Assembly (NCBI GenBank): GCA_964631685.1
Contig: CAZVZU010000002.1
Coordinates: 128,001 to 192,000, forward strand
Direction: 5' to 3'
From: an uncultured Actinomycetes bacterium
GTDB taxonomy: Bacteria > SZUA-79 > Acidulodesulfobacterales > Acidulodesulfobacteraceae
Length of the DNA stretch: 64,000 bases
Shown: piece by piece, positions 21,090 to 31,859 of the stretch
How positions within the stretch are numbered: the first letter of the stretch is position 1
Layout: each line of letters begins with the position of its first letter
Notes under the pieces: generated by a model
Databases searched by the model: none
What the model saw: the letters and a program-made list of their open reading frames with translations, nothing else
What the model was told of the DNA's origin: nothing
Program-made: the position numbers and the translations under genes

Positions 21090-22367
21090 TTATGCGCGAT
21101 ATCGTTGCGATAATAATACAACGGCATCACTTGCCATCTGGAGATCTTCATCGGTGTGTGTTACGAATATAGGTATCTTTCCGGCATGTACGGATTTAAT
21201 AACTTTTCTGATCTTAAGTTTACCGTGATTATTAAATCCTTGGAAGTAATGAGATGCAATCTCATTTTTTTTGTCGTCAATTTTTATACCAAGGTATGTT
21301 AGATTCTCACATACCTCTTTTCTCAAGGCAGATGAATTTTCACCTATTCCTCCGGTAAAAACAAGGCAATCCGTTCCATTCATTACAGCGCTATATTGCC
21401 CGATAAATTTGGTTATTGCATAGGCATACATCTTGAGAGCGAGTACCGAGTTTCTGTCATTATACGCAGATAACTCCTTAAAATCATAAGTCTTTCCGGA
21501 TATGCCAAGCAACCCGCTTTTTTTATTCAAGATGGAATAGAGTTCGCTACATGAAACATTAAGCTTTTTTTTGAGAATAAAGGGGATAGACGGATCAATA
21601 CTACCGGACCTTGTCCCCATCATGAGCCCTTCTAGGGGGGTATATCCCATAGACGTATCTGTAGAAACGCCATCTTTTACGGCACAAATACTTGCACCGT
21701 TTCCAAGGTGGCATACTATAAGCTTTTCTTTATTTTTTTTGTTCAACTTTAATAAATTATTTATATAGGAATATGAAATCCCGTGAAATCCATATCTTTG
21801 TATCTTATGTTGATTGTAATAATCTATCGGAATCGGATATAATTTTGCATACAGAGGGATAGTAGAATGGAAAGCAGTATCAAAAATACAAACCTGCCTT
21901 GCGTTAGGAAGGCAGGTTGACATAATCTCCAACCCCTTCAAATTTGACGGATTGTGGAGCGGGGCAAGCTCGTTAAGCTTTTCTAGTTTATCAATATCTT
22001 CGGAGCTCACTGCTATGGGCTTTCTAAATGTTTCACCCCCATGAACAAACCTATGTACTACTATGTCAATATCCGCGCCACCACTTCTATTGCCACTGAA
22101 TCCCAATTCTTGAAGTATAAAATTTATTGCCGCAGTATGATCTGTAAAATTTATTTTATCGGAACGCTTCCTTTCGTCTTCCGCCGTAAAATGAAATTCA
22201 CCAAATTTAGTTCCAATTTCCTCTATGGATCCGGAAAAAATTCTATCCATGCTTAGAAGTGGGTTTTTATCGGACAGGGAACTCGGTGTTTTAAATATAG
22301 AAAATTTTATAGAAGAACTGCCGCAATTAACCGATAAGATATTAATTAGTCTGTTTTTCTTTAACAT
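21090..22367 (-). CDS. ackA: acetate kinase
   Basis: NCGSSSIK, HRFVHGG, APLHNP, FDTAFH, YGFHGIS, HLGNGAS, FTGGIGEN. Confidence 0.96.
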   Translation of the reverse strand: MLKKNRLINILSVNCGSSSIKFSIFKTPSSLSDKNPLLSMDRIFSGSIEEIGTKFGEFHFTAEDERKRSDKINFTDHTAAINFILQELGFSGNRSGGADIDIVVHRFVHGGETFRKPIAVSSEDIDKLEKLNELAPLHNPSNLKGLEIMSTCLPNARQVCIFDTAFHSTIPLYAKLYPIPIDYYNQHKIQRYGFHGISYSYINNLLKLNKKNKEKLIVCHLGNGASICAVKDGVSTDTSMGYTPLEGLMMGTRSGSIDPSIPFILKKKLNVSCSELYSILNKKSGLLGISGKTYDFKELSAYNDRNSVLALKMYAYAITKFIGQYSAVMNGTDCLVFTGGIGENSSALRKEVCENLTYLGIKIDDKKNEIASHYFQGFNNHGKLKIRKVIKSVHAGKIPIFVTHTDEDLQMASDAVVLLSQRYRA

Positions 22368-22779
22368 TTTTTTCTCAATAAATATTTATAATTTGAATCA
22401 ACATCTAACTTACGCACCCTTCAATTGGTGCGTGGAGAGTAGTAAATATGATACAACAAAATATCTTTCCGTTCAAGTTGAGACTTTATCCCTGTTCTTT
22501 TTGCTATAGAGATAAAATAGACAGAACATGTCTTTTTTGACAAGTTCAAGCCATTTTCAAGAACTCCGCAACTTTCTATTGAAAAAGATTAAGCGTCTTC
22601 CGCTTACTTCTTATTTATTGCATAAATTTAATATAAATTAAAATATTGTTATTGACTAAAAGGCTATTTTTTCTTGACAAATAAACCTTATAGTTATATA
22701 AGGGGCTAATGTCCGATAAGTTAATATTCCTGCAAAAGCTGTTGTTTGTTCATAAGAAAATAATATAAAAGGAGGTTAT

Positions 22780-23244
22780 ATGCTTCGTTCTAAAACATTT
22801 ACCAATTTAATGCTTGTTTTTGTCTTATTTGCTGTTGCAATTGGCGTTTCCGGATGCGCAACAATCATTGGGAAAGGTGCTCCGGGAAGATTGAGTATTC
22901 GCAGTAATCCTAGTAATGCAAAAGTTATTATAACTAACGCGTCCGGCATTCAAATATTTAACGGAAAAACCCCGACTATTGTGACGCTTCAAAAGAGGGC
23001 CGGATACTTTAGGGCTCAATCGTATTCCGTTACTTTATCAAAAAATGGTTTCGAAACTAAAACTATCCCATTAAACATGTATGTAAATGGGTGGTATTTG
23101 GGTGGCAATTTGATTTTTGGAGGGCTTATCGGCTGGTTTCTTGTCGATCCTTTGACCGGGGCTATGTGGTCGCTTAATACTCATAAAATTGATCCGACTT
23201 TAAATGCCATAAGCAAAGGATTACTCATTGAACATAATAAATAA
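22780..23244 (+). CDS. putative lipoprotein with PEGA-like domain
   Basis: GGAGG RBS; lipobox VSGC; SNPSNAKV...GKTP PEGA-like pattern; GNLIFGGLIG..VD..TGA C-terminal motif. Confidence 0.75.
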   Translation: MLRSKTFTNLMLVFVLFAVAIGVSGCATIIGKGAPGRLSIRSNPSNAKVIITNASGIQIFNGKTPTIVTLQKRAGYFRAQSYSVTLSKNGFETKTIPLNMYVNGWYLGGNLIFGGLIGWFLVDPLTGAMWSLNTHKIDPTLNAISKGLLIEHNK

Positions 23245-23260
23245 TATCTAAAAAGGAATA

Positions 23261-23314
23261 GATTTAGTACGCCTCAGAAATTTATTTAAATAAATTTCTG
23301 AGGCGTACTAAATC
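23261..23314. repeat. perfect 54-bp palindrome between convergent genes, possible bidirectional terminator
   Basis: GATTTAGTACGCCTCAGAAATTTATTT followed immediately by its exact reverse complement. Confidence 0.9.
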
Positions 23315-23342
23315 GCGAATAGGAATTAGAGTTGCTTAATTC

Positions 23343-25679
23343 CTATAGTGTCCAATTTTTTATCTCTTCTTTGTCATCAAGATATTCTTGGGCATATGCT
23401 TTATTAGAAGCAATCTCCTCCTCAAGCAAGGATATTAACTCCAAATATTTATCCTTAAAACCCGGAATATTTCTTAGGGCTAATATTGCCAAATCGAACC
23501 TACTCATTTTATTTCTTATAACCATATCGAAGGGCGTAGTGGTTGCCCCCTCCTCTATATAACCCCTTACGTGGAATCTTTCAGGGTTAGGTCTGCCGTG
23601 TACAAGATCATGTATTATCCTAATATATCCGTGGAATGCAAAGACAACGGGGGTGTTTTCCAAAAATAGATTTAAAAAAACATCCGGGTCAACGCCGTGC
23701 GGATGGTAATTAGCCGGGCTCAATGTCATTAAATCCACTATATTTATGACCCTCGTTTTAATTTCAGGGGCATATCGTTTAAGCAAGGATGCGGCAGCAT
23801 TGGTCTCCAAGGTGGGAACATCCCCTGCGCAGGCAAATATTACATCCGGATTACCGTCATCTTTATTGCCCGCCCACTCAAATACTGAAATCCCTTTTTT
23901 GCAATGGCTTTTCGCGGCGTCAATATCTAACCACTGGGGCTCGGGCTGTTTACCAGCGACAATAACATTAACGTAATTTCTTGATCTTAAACAATGGTCC
24001 ATGACCGACAGTAGTGAATTTGCATCGGGGGGGAAATATATCCTCACCACCGATGATCTTTTGTTAATAACGTTATCTAAAAAACCCGGTCCCTGATGTG
24101 AGAATCCATTATGATCCTGCCTCCAAACATGCGAAGATAGGATTATGTTAAGAGAGGATATCGGTTTTCTCCACGGAAATTCATGAGCAACCTCTATCCA
24201 TTTTGCAAATTGCGTAACCATAGAATCTACAATGGAAGCAAATGCTTCATAAGTAACAAATATTCCGTGTCTGCCCGTTAATAAATATCCTTCAAGCCAC
24301 CCTTCACACAAGTGTTCCGATAAAACTTCCATAACCCTTCCGTTATGAGATACATGATCATCTATTTCCATAATAGGATTAACTGAACATCTATCTGTCA
24401 CATCAAAAACTGCCTGAAACCGATTAGACGCGGTTTCATCCGGACTGAATAATCTAAAATTCCTTGGATTTCTTTTATAAACATCCCTTATATATTCGCC
24501 CAATATCTTAGTTGCCCCCAAGGTCGACACTCCAGGTTTTTTTACGTCTACCGCATATTGCGTAAAATCGGGAAGGTTCAAATCCTCTAAGAGATGTCCC
24601 CCGTTGGCATTTATGTTCGCACCTATTCTCTTTGATTGCTCGGGAACAAACTCAAGTAGTTCTTTGCCTACTTCACCATTTTTTCCAAAAAGTTCGTTAT
24701 GCTTATAACCCTTTATCCAACCTTCTAATATTTTTAGGTGCTCTGGATTACTCCTGACATCGGTAATTGGAACCTGGTGCGCCCTGAATGTTCCTTCAAG
24801 CTGAAGCCCATTAAGTTCCTTAGGACACGTCCATCCTTTTAATGTTCTTAGAATTATCATCGGCCATTCCGGCTTGGCTTTAAATCCATTTTCTCTCACA
24901 TCCTTTTGGATTGATATGATCTGACTATACGCCTTATCAAGGGTCTCGGCCATTTCTTCGTGCATTTTCATCGGGTCATCCCCCTCGACAAAATATACCT
25001 TATAACCGTAACCATAAAATAGGCTATTCAAATGTGCATCATCCGTTCTCCCTAATACAGTAGGTCCTGCAATCTTATATCCGTTAAGGTGCAATATAGG
25101 AAGCACCGCACCATCCCTTACCGGATTTAAAAAATCAACGGATTTCCAACTGCCCTCAAGCGGTCCCGTTTCTGCTTCTCCATCTCCCACTACACACACA
25201 GAAATTAAATCAGGATTATCGAATACCGCCCCAAAGGCATGGACTAAAGAATATCCCAACTCACCGCCTTCATGCATTGAACCCGGTATATGCGGACCTA
25301 CATGGCTCGGAAAACCGTACGGTGTGGAAAATCTTCTAAAAAGTTTCTCCATCCCATAAATATCCTGCGTTATATCAGGGTGGTGTTCGACTAATGTTCC
25401 TTCTAAAAACGTATTGGCAAGTATAGCCGGAGCTCCATGCCCCGGACCGATAATCAACAGGATATTCGCGCCGGTATTATTTATTAGATGGTTTAAGTGT
25501 GAATATATAAAATTAATGCCAGGCGTTGTCCCCCAATGCCCAAGTAGCCTAGGTTTTATATGTTCCGGCTTCAACGGTTCATGAAGCATGGCATTCTCTT
25601 TGAGGTATATTGAGCAGCATGCCAGATAATTTGAGGCTCTCCAGTATGCGTTTATCTTGTTAAGAATTTCATCGGTCAT
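23343..25679 (-). CDS. xfp: phosphoketolase (XFP)
   Basis: LLGHWGTTPG, GPGHG, HEGGELGY, GDGEAETGP, LSEH.CEGWLEGY, QDHNGFSHQ; GGAGG RBS before MTDE. Confidence 0.97.
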   Translation of the reverse strand: MTDEILNKINAYWRASNYLACCSIYLKENAMLHEPLKPEHIKPRLLGHWGTTPGINFIYSHLNHLINNTGANILLIIGPGHGAPAILANTFLEGTLVEHHPDITQDIYGMEKLFRRFSTPYGFPSHVGPHIPGSMHEGGELGYSLVHAFGAVFDNPDLISVCVVGDGEAETGPLEGSWKSVDFLNPVRDGAVLPILHLNGYKIAGPTVLGRTDDAHLNSLFYGYGYKVYFVEGDDPMKMHEEMAETLDKAYSQIISIQKDVRENGFKAKPEWPMIILRTLKGWTCPKELNGLQLEGTFRAHQVPITDVRSNPEHLKILEGWIKGYKHNELFGKNGEVGKELLEFVPEQSKRIGANINANGGHLLEDLNLPDFTQYAVDVKKPGVSTLGATKILGEYIRDVYKRNPRNFRLFSPDETASNRFQAVFDVTDRCSVNPIMEIDDHVSHNGRVMEVLSEHLCEGWLEGYLLTGRHGIFVTYEAFASIVDSMVTQFAKWIEVAHEFPWRKPISSLNIILSSHVWRQDHNGFSHQGPGFLDNVINKRSSVVRIYFPPDANSLLSVMDHCLRSRNYVNVIVAGKQPEPQWLDIDAAKSHCKKGISVFEWAGNKDDGNPDVIFACAGDVPTLETNAAASLLKRYAPEIKTRVINIVDLMTLSPANYHPHGVDPDVFLNLFLENTPVVFAFHGYIRIIHDLVHGRPNPERFHVRGYIEEGATTTPFDMVIRNKMSRFDLAILALRNIPGFKDKYLELISLLEEEIASNKAYAQEYLDDKEEIKNWTL

Positions 25680-25718
25680 AACCTGCCCTCCATGGTCCAT
25701 AAAATATATAATTAATTA

Positions 25719-26333
25719 TTAGATATTTAACCTAAAACGAGATAGTTCTTTTTTTGTAGATGCATAATCTATATGCCTAAAAGCGTGTATTCCCAAACTG
25801 GCGGCCGTTTCCACGTTAAAGCTCCTGTCATCTATAAAAAGAGATTCGTCCGGTCTTGTATAAGATAAATTTAATGCGAGTTTAAAGATATTTTCATCGG
25901 GCTTTCTTATATGGACGAAGCAAGATGTGATAAAAAAATCAAACAGCGAATTAAGCGAAAACTTATCAACTCTATAAGTAGATAATTCAAGACCCTCATT
26001 GTTTACTGAAATCAGCTTAAATCGATATTTATCTTTAAGCCCTGTGAACAGTGCTATCATTTCAGGGTAAGAATTGGATTGATCAAACATAAAGGATTTA
26101 AATTCATCCTTAGAAAAAGAGCGTGGTTTATAAAATACAGTTTTATCTAAATAATAGTCTAAAGAAACCTTACCTTCTTCATGCAAGGCAAATAAATCCT
26201 CGTGCCTCGATTCAAAGTCATCATGGTGTAAATTGAATTTAGCCGAGGCAAGCTTTCTGGACTTTCTATCCCATCCATTTGTAAGCAAAACGCTTCCGAT
26301 ATCCAAAAAAACCGTTTTTATAAACGTCGACAT
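25719..26333 (-). CDS. HAD-superfamily phosphatase (subfamily IA)
   Basis: FLDIGSVL motif I, RKPD..IF, FIDD motif IV. Confidence 0.85.
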   Translation of the reverse strand: MSTFIKTVFLDIGSVLLTNGWDRKSRKLASAKFNLHHDDFESRHEDLFALHEEGKVSLDYYLDKTVFYKPRSFSKDEFKSFMFDQSNSYPEMIALFTGLKDKYRFKLISVNNEGLELSTYRVDKFSLNSLFDFFITSCFVHIRKPDENIFKLALNLSYTRPDESLFIDDRSFNVETAASLGIHAFRHIDYASTKKELSRFRLNI

Positions 26334-26451
26334 TTTGAAATATTATATTTAAATGATTAGCAAGCACTACTTGCAAGATTATAACACCAATTTTAAAGAA
26401 TACCAAATTACATTAATTTAACGCATTAACCATTAATATACTAGCCTTGTT

Positions 26452-27801
26452 CTATTGCGTACGAGGCGTATTTTGCAACAATTCGATCGTTTCTTCTAGG
26501 GTCATAAGTTTTTCTTCCCTAGTTTTTATGTTTTTTATAGTCAATTTTTCTTCGTTTACCTCATTTTCACCTATTATAGCAACATACTCTATCATCTTTC
26601 TCGATGCATATCTAATTTCCTTAGAAATGTTAGAGAATACCGAAACGGACAACTCAACACTTATACCTTTCAAGCGCAACATCTTGGTAACCCGATAGGC
26701 ATACGCCCTTTCGCCACTACCTAGGCAAAAAACATATAATTTCACAAATGAAGGTGGCACATTGAGCGCATTATGGTCTCTTTGTTTTATGATATCTATT
26801 ATCCTTTCTACCCCGAATGATATCCCGCAAGCGCCTTCGGGACGCGCTCCGTACAATTCCACTAAATTATCATATCTTCCGCCAGCAGCAAAACTTCCGA
26901 TACCGACATCTTTTGATCTTATCTCAAAAATGGGACCCGTATAGTACCCTAATCCCCTAACCAAAAGCGGCTCATATTTCACAAAACTAAGTCCGGCAGA
27001 CTCGGCATTCTCAAGCACGTAAAGTAGCTCTTCAACCCCGCTTAGTGCCGCACTTCTAACTGATTCATCCTTTACGCCAACATTGAGCCGTTCCTTTAAA
27101 ACCGATAGCTTTTTTACATCATCTATTTCTTCATCTATCCTTATGAATCCCATGAACGCTTCATACTTGTCCTTTCCGATACCGTTTGCCCCAAACTCCT
27201 TTATAACCCCTGATTCTCCGATTTTTGCCATTTTATCTAATGCGCGCAGGGCTGCATCTTTTTTTTCATCCAATATTCCGCAAGCATTAATGACCCCATC
27301 TAGTATCTTTCTGTTGTTTATAAGGATTTCATAGTTACCCATAGACAATTTTGTAAGAATAAAGACCGCCATGCCCAATAATTCCAGCTCTACATTCATG
27401 GAGTAGGAGCCAATTATATCGGTATCTGCCTGATAAAATTCCCTATACCTTCCCATCTGTGTATTTTCATACCTATAAACCTTACCTATCATATATCTTT
27501 TAAAGGGTTTGTGCAGTTTTTCGGCATTGCTCGCATAATATCTGCCCAGCGGAGATGTAAATTCAAATCTGAGTCCCAATTTTCTTTTAGCTTTATCTTC
27601 AAACGTATATATCTCTTTTTCTATTTCTCCGCCGCATTTCCTTGAAAGAAGACCGAAGTATTCAAAAACAGGAGAATCAATCTCGACAAAACCATAAAGA
27701 ATAAAACACTTCCTTATAGTCTCTATAATCCTTCTTCTCAACATCATCTCTTCGGGCAAAAAATCCCTAGTTCCCTTTGGGGGCTGTACAAGTTTATCCA
27801 T
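26452..27801 (-). CDS. hisS: histidine--tRNA ligase (archaeal/eukaryote-like type)
   Basis: PKGTRDF, GRYREFYQ.D.DIIG, LVRGLGYYTG, GGRYD.L, G.ER. Confidence 0.95.
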   Translation of the reverse strand: MDKLVQPPKGTRDFLPEEMMLRRRIIETIRKCFILYGFVEIDSPVFEYFGLLSRKCGGEIEKEIYTFEDKAKRKLGLRFEFTSPLGRYYASNAEKLHKPFKRYMIGKVYRYENTQMGRYREFYQADTDIIGSYSMNVELELLGMAVFILTKLSMGNYEILINNRKILDGVINACGILDEKKDAALRALDKMAKIGESGVIKEFGANGIGKDKYEAFMGFIRIDEEIDDVKKLSVLKERLNVGVKDESVRSAALSGVEELLYVLENAESAGLSFVKYEPLLVRGLGYYTGPIFEIRSKDVGIGSFAAGGRYDNLVELYGARPEGACGISFGVERIIDIIKQRDHNALNVPPSFVKLYVFCLGSGERAYAYRVTKMLRLKGISVELSVSVFSNISKEIRYASRKMIEYVAIIGENEVNEEKLTIKNIKTREEKLMTLEETIELLQNTPRTQ

Positions 27802-27860
27802 GTTTTTAACTTTACCTATTATATTAGCCGCTTTGTAGCATATCGTAAACGGATGCGATT

Positions 27861-28190
27861 CTAAAGAACTATATAGGCAGAACCCTCCTTGGAAAGTTTT
27901 GCGACCTTTTCTACTCCGGCAGGAACAACCTTTACATAATCGGGAACATCCTCATCTTTAAGCCCAAACATATTCATCGCATTACGACAAACAAAGATAT
28001 TAACCTTATCTGTAAGAACCGCCCTTAACTGTTCCTTGAGCATAGAATGATGAAGCAGGGAAACAACAGCCGGGCCAAAAATTACTACGTTTATTTCTTC
28101 AGTTTCATCGATCGCACTGATATTTTTAATTACGTTCATTAAAAGACCTGGCATAATCGTCCCATTAGTAACCTGGATAGCATACTTCAT
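27861..28190 (-). CDS. DsrE-family protein
   Basis: 109 aa; VV.FGPAV, FVCRNAM, VP.GV pattern; GGAGG RBS. Confidence 0.75.
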   Translation of the reverse strand: MKYAIQVTNGTIMPGLLMNVIKNISAIDETEEINVVIFGPAVVSLLHHSMLKEQLRAVLTDKVNIFVCRNAMNMFGLKDEDVPDYVKVVPAGVEKVAKLSKEGSAYIVL

Positions 28191-28229
28191 TAGAACACCT
28201 CCCTTTTTCTTATTTTTAACAATTACCCA

Positions 28230-29006
28230 CTAATCAGTGGAAAGTCTGACGACATTTAAAAAAACGGCCGGGTCTAAACTGGCACCACCAACCAATACGC
28301 CATCAATGTGAGGTTTGGTTATCAATTCTGTTATATTTGTTTCTGAAACACTTCCGCCGTATATTACCCTTAACTCGCTTATCTGATAATTTGAATGAAT
28401 ATAATTATGTATAAAGTTGTGCATTTTTTCCCCATCTTCCGATTTTGCGGCCACACCTGTACCTATTGCCCATATTGGTTCGTAGGCAATAATCAGAGAC
28501 GAAATTTTTCTGTCTTGTATCGGCCTTAAAGCTGAATTTAACTGGTTTCCGATAAATATTTCCTGATTGTTTTTATTTCTAACACTCAAGCTTTCACCAA
28601 CGCACAATATCGGCACTACGCAACCGTCGTCATAAATCGTATTTATCTTTTTAGCTATAAGTTCATCGCTTTCATTAAATATATTGCGTCTCTCAGAATG
28701 CCCCACTATTGCGTAAACACAGCCGCAATCCTTAATCATATCCAAGTTAATTTCACCCGTATAAGCACCGTTCTTTTTATGATAAAAGTTCTGCGATGCA
28801 AGTTTTATAAAATCATCTTGGGGCTTAATCCTTCCGTGAACATCGCGAAGTAACGTAAAAGAAGGAGCAAAAATTATCTCCGTATCGGTAAAAAAACTCT
28901 TACTTTTTAATATATCTATTTTTTCCATAAAGATATCGAAATAATATTCAACATCACTGCGTGTTTTATTCATTTTAAAATTTGCAGCAATTATCTTTTT
29001 TTTCAT
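28230..29006 (-). CDS. tpiA: triosephosphate isomerase
   Basis: ANFKMN, GHSERR, AYEPIWAIGTG, YGGSV, LVGGASL. Confidence 0.98.
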   Translation of the reverse strand: MKKKIIAANFKMNKTRSDVEYYFDIFMEKIDILKSKSFFTDTEIIFAPSFTLLRDVHGRIKPQDDFIKLASQNFYHKKNGAYTGEINLDMIKDCGCVYAIVGHSERRNIFNESDELIAKKINTIYDDGCVVPILCVGESLSVRNKNNQEIFIGNQLNSALRPIQDRKISSLIIAYEPIWAIGTGVAAKSEDGEKMHNFIHNYIHSNYQISELRVIYGGSVSETNITELITKPHIDGVLVGGASLDPAVFLNVVRLSTD

Positions 29007-29008
29007 AG

Positions 29009-31816
29009 CTATTCACCCTGATAATTTAAATGAATTAAAACATCGCGGCATCTACCGCACACATCATCATAATCATCACGCGTCCCCACGCTTACATCAT
29101 ATTTCCAGCAACGCGCGCACTTTTTGCCCTCAGCCTTTTCAACGATAACTTCGGTAACGCTCGTATCGCTTTTACCGTTTTGCTCTATCACAACCCCTGA
29201 AACTATAAAGAGGTCCCTCAAGTCTTCATTTTTAATCGACCTGACTAAGTCATAATTATCGCCGTTTACCTTCAAAATAACCTTTGCCTCAAGCGAACTT
29301 CCGATAAACTTTCTATCCCGAGCATTTTCAAGACTAACTAATGCGATATTCCTTATCTCAATTAATTTATCAAATTTTTCTGCAAGTTCAAAATCTATAT
29401 GAGATTCAAGCGGTTCTTCAAATTGTTCTAGAAAAATATTGTCAAGTTTTTCGGCTTTCATAAAATATCCCCATGTTTCAGACGCGCTAAATGGTATCAT
29501 CGGTGCTAAAAATTTAATGAAAATATTTAATGCAAGATGCAATACCGATTGGACGGCCCTTCTTCTGCTAGAATCTTTTGCATCCGTGTAAAGCACATCC
29601 TTGGCAATGTCAAGGTAGAAAGAGGAAAACTCTATCATAAACTTGTATATATTTTGATAAACCAAGTGAAAATCATAGTCAGAATACTGCTGTATAATAT
29701 TGCGGGATAATAGGGTTAATTTATGCACGGCATATCTGTCTAAATCCCTCATGTCTTCGTACTTAACGGTGTTAATCTTATCGTCGAAATCGTTTAGATT
29801 ACCGAACATAAATCTTAATGTATTTCTAATTTTCCTGTATCCCTCCGATAGTCTTTGAATTATCTCCCGAGATATCCTCATATCATTTTTATAATCTTCC
29901 GATGCCGCCCAAAGCCTTAATATATCAGCTCCGTACTTATTTATGATTTCATTAGGGCTTATGACATTACCCAAAGACTTTGACATCTTTTTACCCGAGC
30001 TATCTACAACAAAGCCATGGGTAAGGACGGTCTTATAGGGCGCACCGTCCCCTGTGCCGAGTCCAATCAAAAGGCTCGAGTGAAACCAGCCTCTGTGCTG
30101 ATCGGAACCCTCTAAATACAAATCGGCGGGAAAACCTGCATCCCTCGTGTCTTTATCTTGTTTTAATACGCAATAATAACTGACCCCACTATCAAACCAT
30201 ACGTCAAGTATGTCTTCTTCCTTTTCGAATTCTGTTGAACCACATTTTTTGCATTTAACCCCTTTCTTACTTAAATTGATAAAATAATCGGCGGGCTTTT
30301 CGAACCATATATCCGCCCCATATTTTTCAAACTCATCGGCTATCTTGAGGGTTAAATCATAATCCACAAACGCTTCATCGCATTTTTTACATTGAAATGC
30401 CGTTATGGGAACGCCCCATGACCTTTGCCTCGAAATACACCAATCAGGCCTTGATTCAAGCATGCCTGAGATTCTATCTATGCCCCATTTTGGGATCCAG
30501 TTAACAGATTTTAAAGCCTCAAGCGATTTATTTCTTAAATCGTTTTCGCCCATAGAGATAAACCATTGCTTGGTTGAGCGTAAGATTAAAGGTTTTTTGC
30601 ACCGCCAACAGTGTGGGTAAGAATGTTCTATAGTCTCTTCGAGTACTAATGCTCCTACTTCCCGTAACCTTCCTATCACATGAGGATTGGATTCAAATAC
30701 ACGCATACCGGCAAATATATCAACATCACTCAAGAACCTACCTCTGTCATCAACAGGGGCATATGCGGGGAGGTTATACTTAAGCCCAACAGCGTAATCA
30801 TCATCCCCATGTCCCGGAGCGGTATGCACAAGACCCGTTCCCGCATCTCTTTGAACATGTGTGCCTAATATTAGCAATGAATCTCTGTCTATAAACGGAT
30901 GTGAAGCTATTTTGTTCTCCAAATTTTTACCGTTTGTCTTGGCTACAACCTTATAATCATGGCACTCAAACCTCTCCATTATTTCGCCTGCAAGATTTTC
31001 TTCAAGAATGAGTATTTCTTCTCCATTATCTATAAAAGAGTACTCGAAATCAGGATTCAGAGAAATTGCAAGGTTTGCAGGGATAGTCCATGGCGTCGTC
31101 GTCCATATAACCGCAAAAATATCCTTTCCGCCGATATCTGCGATCTTGACTATATCCTCCAAATTTGACTTAATCTTGAATTTTACGTAGATGGATGGTG
31201 ATACCTTTTCTGCATACTCGACCTCAGCTTCAGCAAGGGCAGTCTTGCAAGACGAACACCAATATATCGGCTTATTTGCCCTATAAAGTCCACCGTTTTT
31301 CATAAAACCGGCTAATTTTCTAACGGTGTTTGCCTCATAAGCGTAGTTCATGGTAAGATAAGGGTCATCATAACGACCGATGCTTCCAAGTCTTTTAAAC
31401 TCTTGCCTTTGGGTATCTACAAACCTGCCGGCATACTCGCGGCAAAGTTTTCTCTTCTCGCTTTTTGAGACAGCATCTCTAGATTTTAAACTTTTATCAA
31501 CATTATGTTCTATAGGAAGCCCATGGCAATCCCATCCCGGAATGAAAGGGGTGTAATACCCCGACATCAGTTTAAACCTGACGATTATATCCTTTAAAAT
31601 TTTATTCAGGGCAGTTCCCAAATGAATATGTCCGTTAGCATACGGCGGACCGTCGTGAAGTATAAACGTTTTTGATCTTTTTCGCGCCTGCTTCATGATG
31701 CTTTCATAAAGCTTGTTTTCTTCCCACTCTTTAAGAAGTTTTTCTTCCGTAACCTTAAGATTTGCCTTCATCGGAAAATCAGTCTTAGGAAGGTTTAAAC
31801 TGTTTTTGTAATCCAT
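29009..31816 (-). CDS. ileS: isoleucine--tRNA ligase (bacterial type 1)
   Basis: LHDGPPYANG.IHLG, WCISRQR, EGSDQHRGWF, KMSKS, C-terminal C..C...C..C zinc finger. Confidence 0.97.
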   Translation of the reverse strand: MDYKNSLNLPKTDFPMKANLKVTEEKLLKEWEENKLYESIMKQARKRSKTFILHDGPPYANGHIHLGTALNKILKDIIVRFKLMSGYYTPFIPGWDCHGLPIEHNVDKSLKSRDAVSKSEKRKLCREYAGRFVDTQRQEFKRLGSIGRYDDPYLTMNYAYEANTVRKLAGFMKNGGLYRANKPIYWCSSCKTALAEAEVEYAEKVSPSIYVKFKIKSNLEDIVKIADIGGKDIFAVIWTTTPWTIPANLAISLNPDFEYSFIDNGEEILILEENLAGEIMERFECHDYKVVAKTNGKNLENKIASHPFIDRDSLLILGTHVQRDAGTGLVHTAPGHGDDDYAVGLKYNLPAYAPVDDRGRFLSDVDIFAGMRVFESNPHVIGRLREVGALVLEETIEHSYPHCWRCKKPLILRSTKQWFISMGENDLRNKSLEALKSVNWIPKWGIDRISGMLESRPDWCISRQRSWGVPITAFQCKKCDEAFVDYDLTLKIADEFEKYGADIWFEKPADYFINLSKKGVKCKKCGSTEFEKEEDILDVWFDSGVSYYCVLKQDKDTRDAGFPADLYLEGSDQHRGWFHSSLLIGLGTGDGAPYKTVLTHGFVVDSSGKKMSKSLGNVISPNEIINKYGADILRLWAASEDYKNDMRISREIIQRLSEGYRKIRNTLRFMFGNLNDFDDKINTVKYEDMRDLDRYAVHKLTLLSRNIIQQYSDYDFHLVYQNIYKFMIEFSSFYLDIAKDVLYTDAKDSSRRRAVQSVLHLALNIFIKFLAPMIPFSASETWGYFMKAEKLDNIFLEQFEEPLESHIDFELAEKFDKLIEIRNIALVSLENARDRKFIGSSLEAKVILKVNGDNYDLVRSIKNEDLRDLFIVSGVVIEQNGKSDTSVTEVIVEKAEGKKCARCWKYDVSVGTRDDYDDVCGRCRDVLIHLNYQGE

Positions 31817-31859
31817 ATAATTCCCGTTTCTTGTTCCCCGTCTATCCAACGAGGACGCA

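Noticed and set aside
22368..22779. Long intergenic region with an ACGCACC/GGTGCGT hairpin and a ~50-codon open frame on the minus strand
   Set aside because: No convincing start, RBS or recognisable RNA family; treated as a divergent promoter region.
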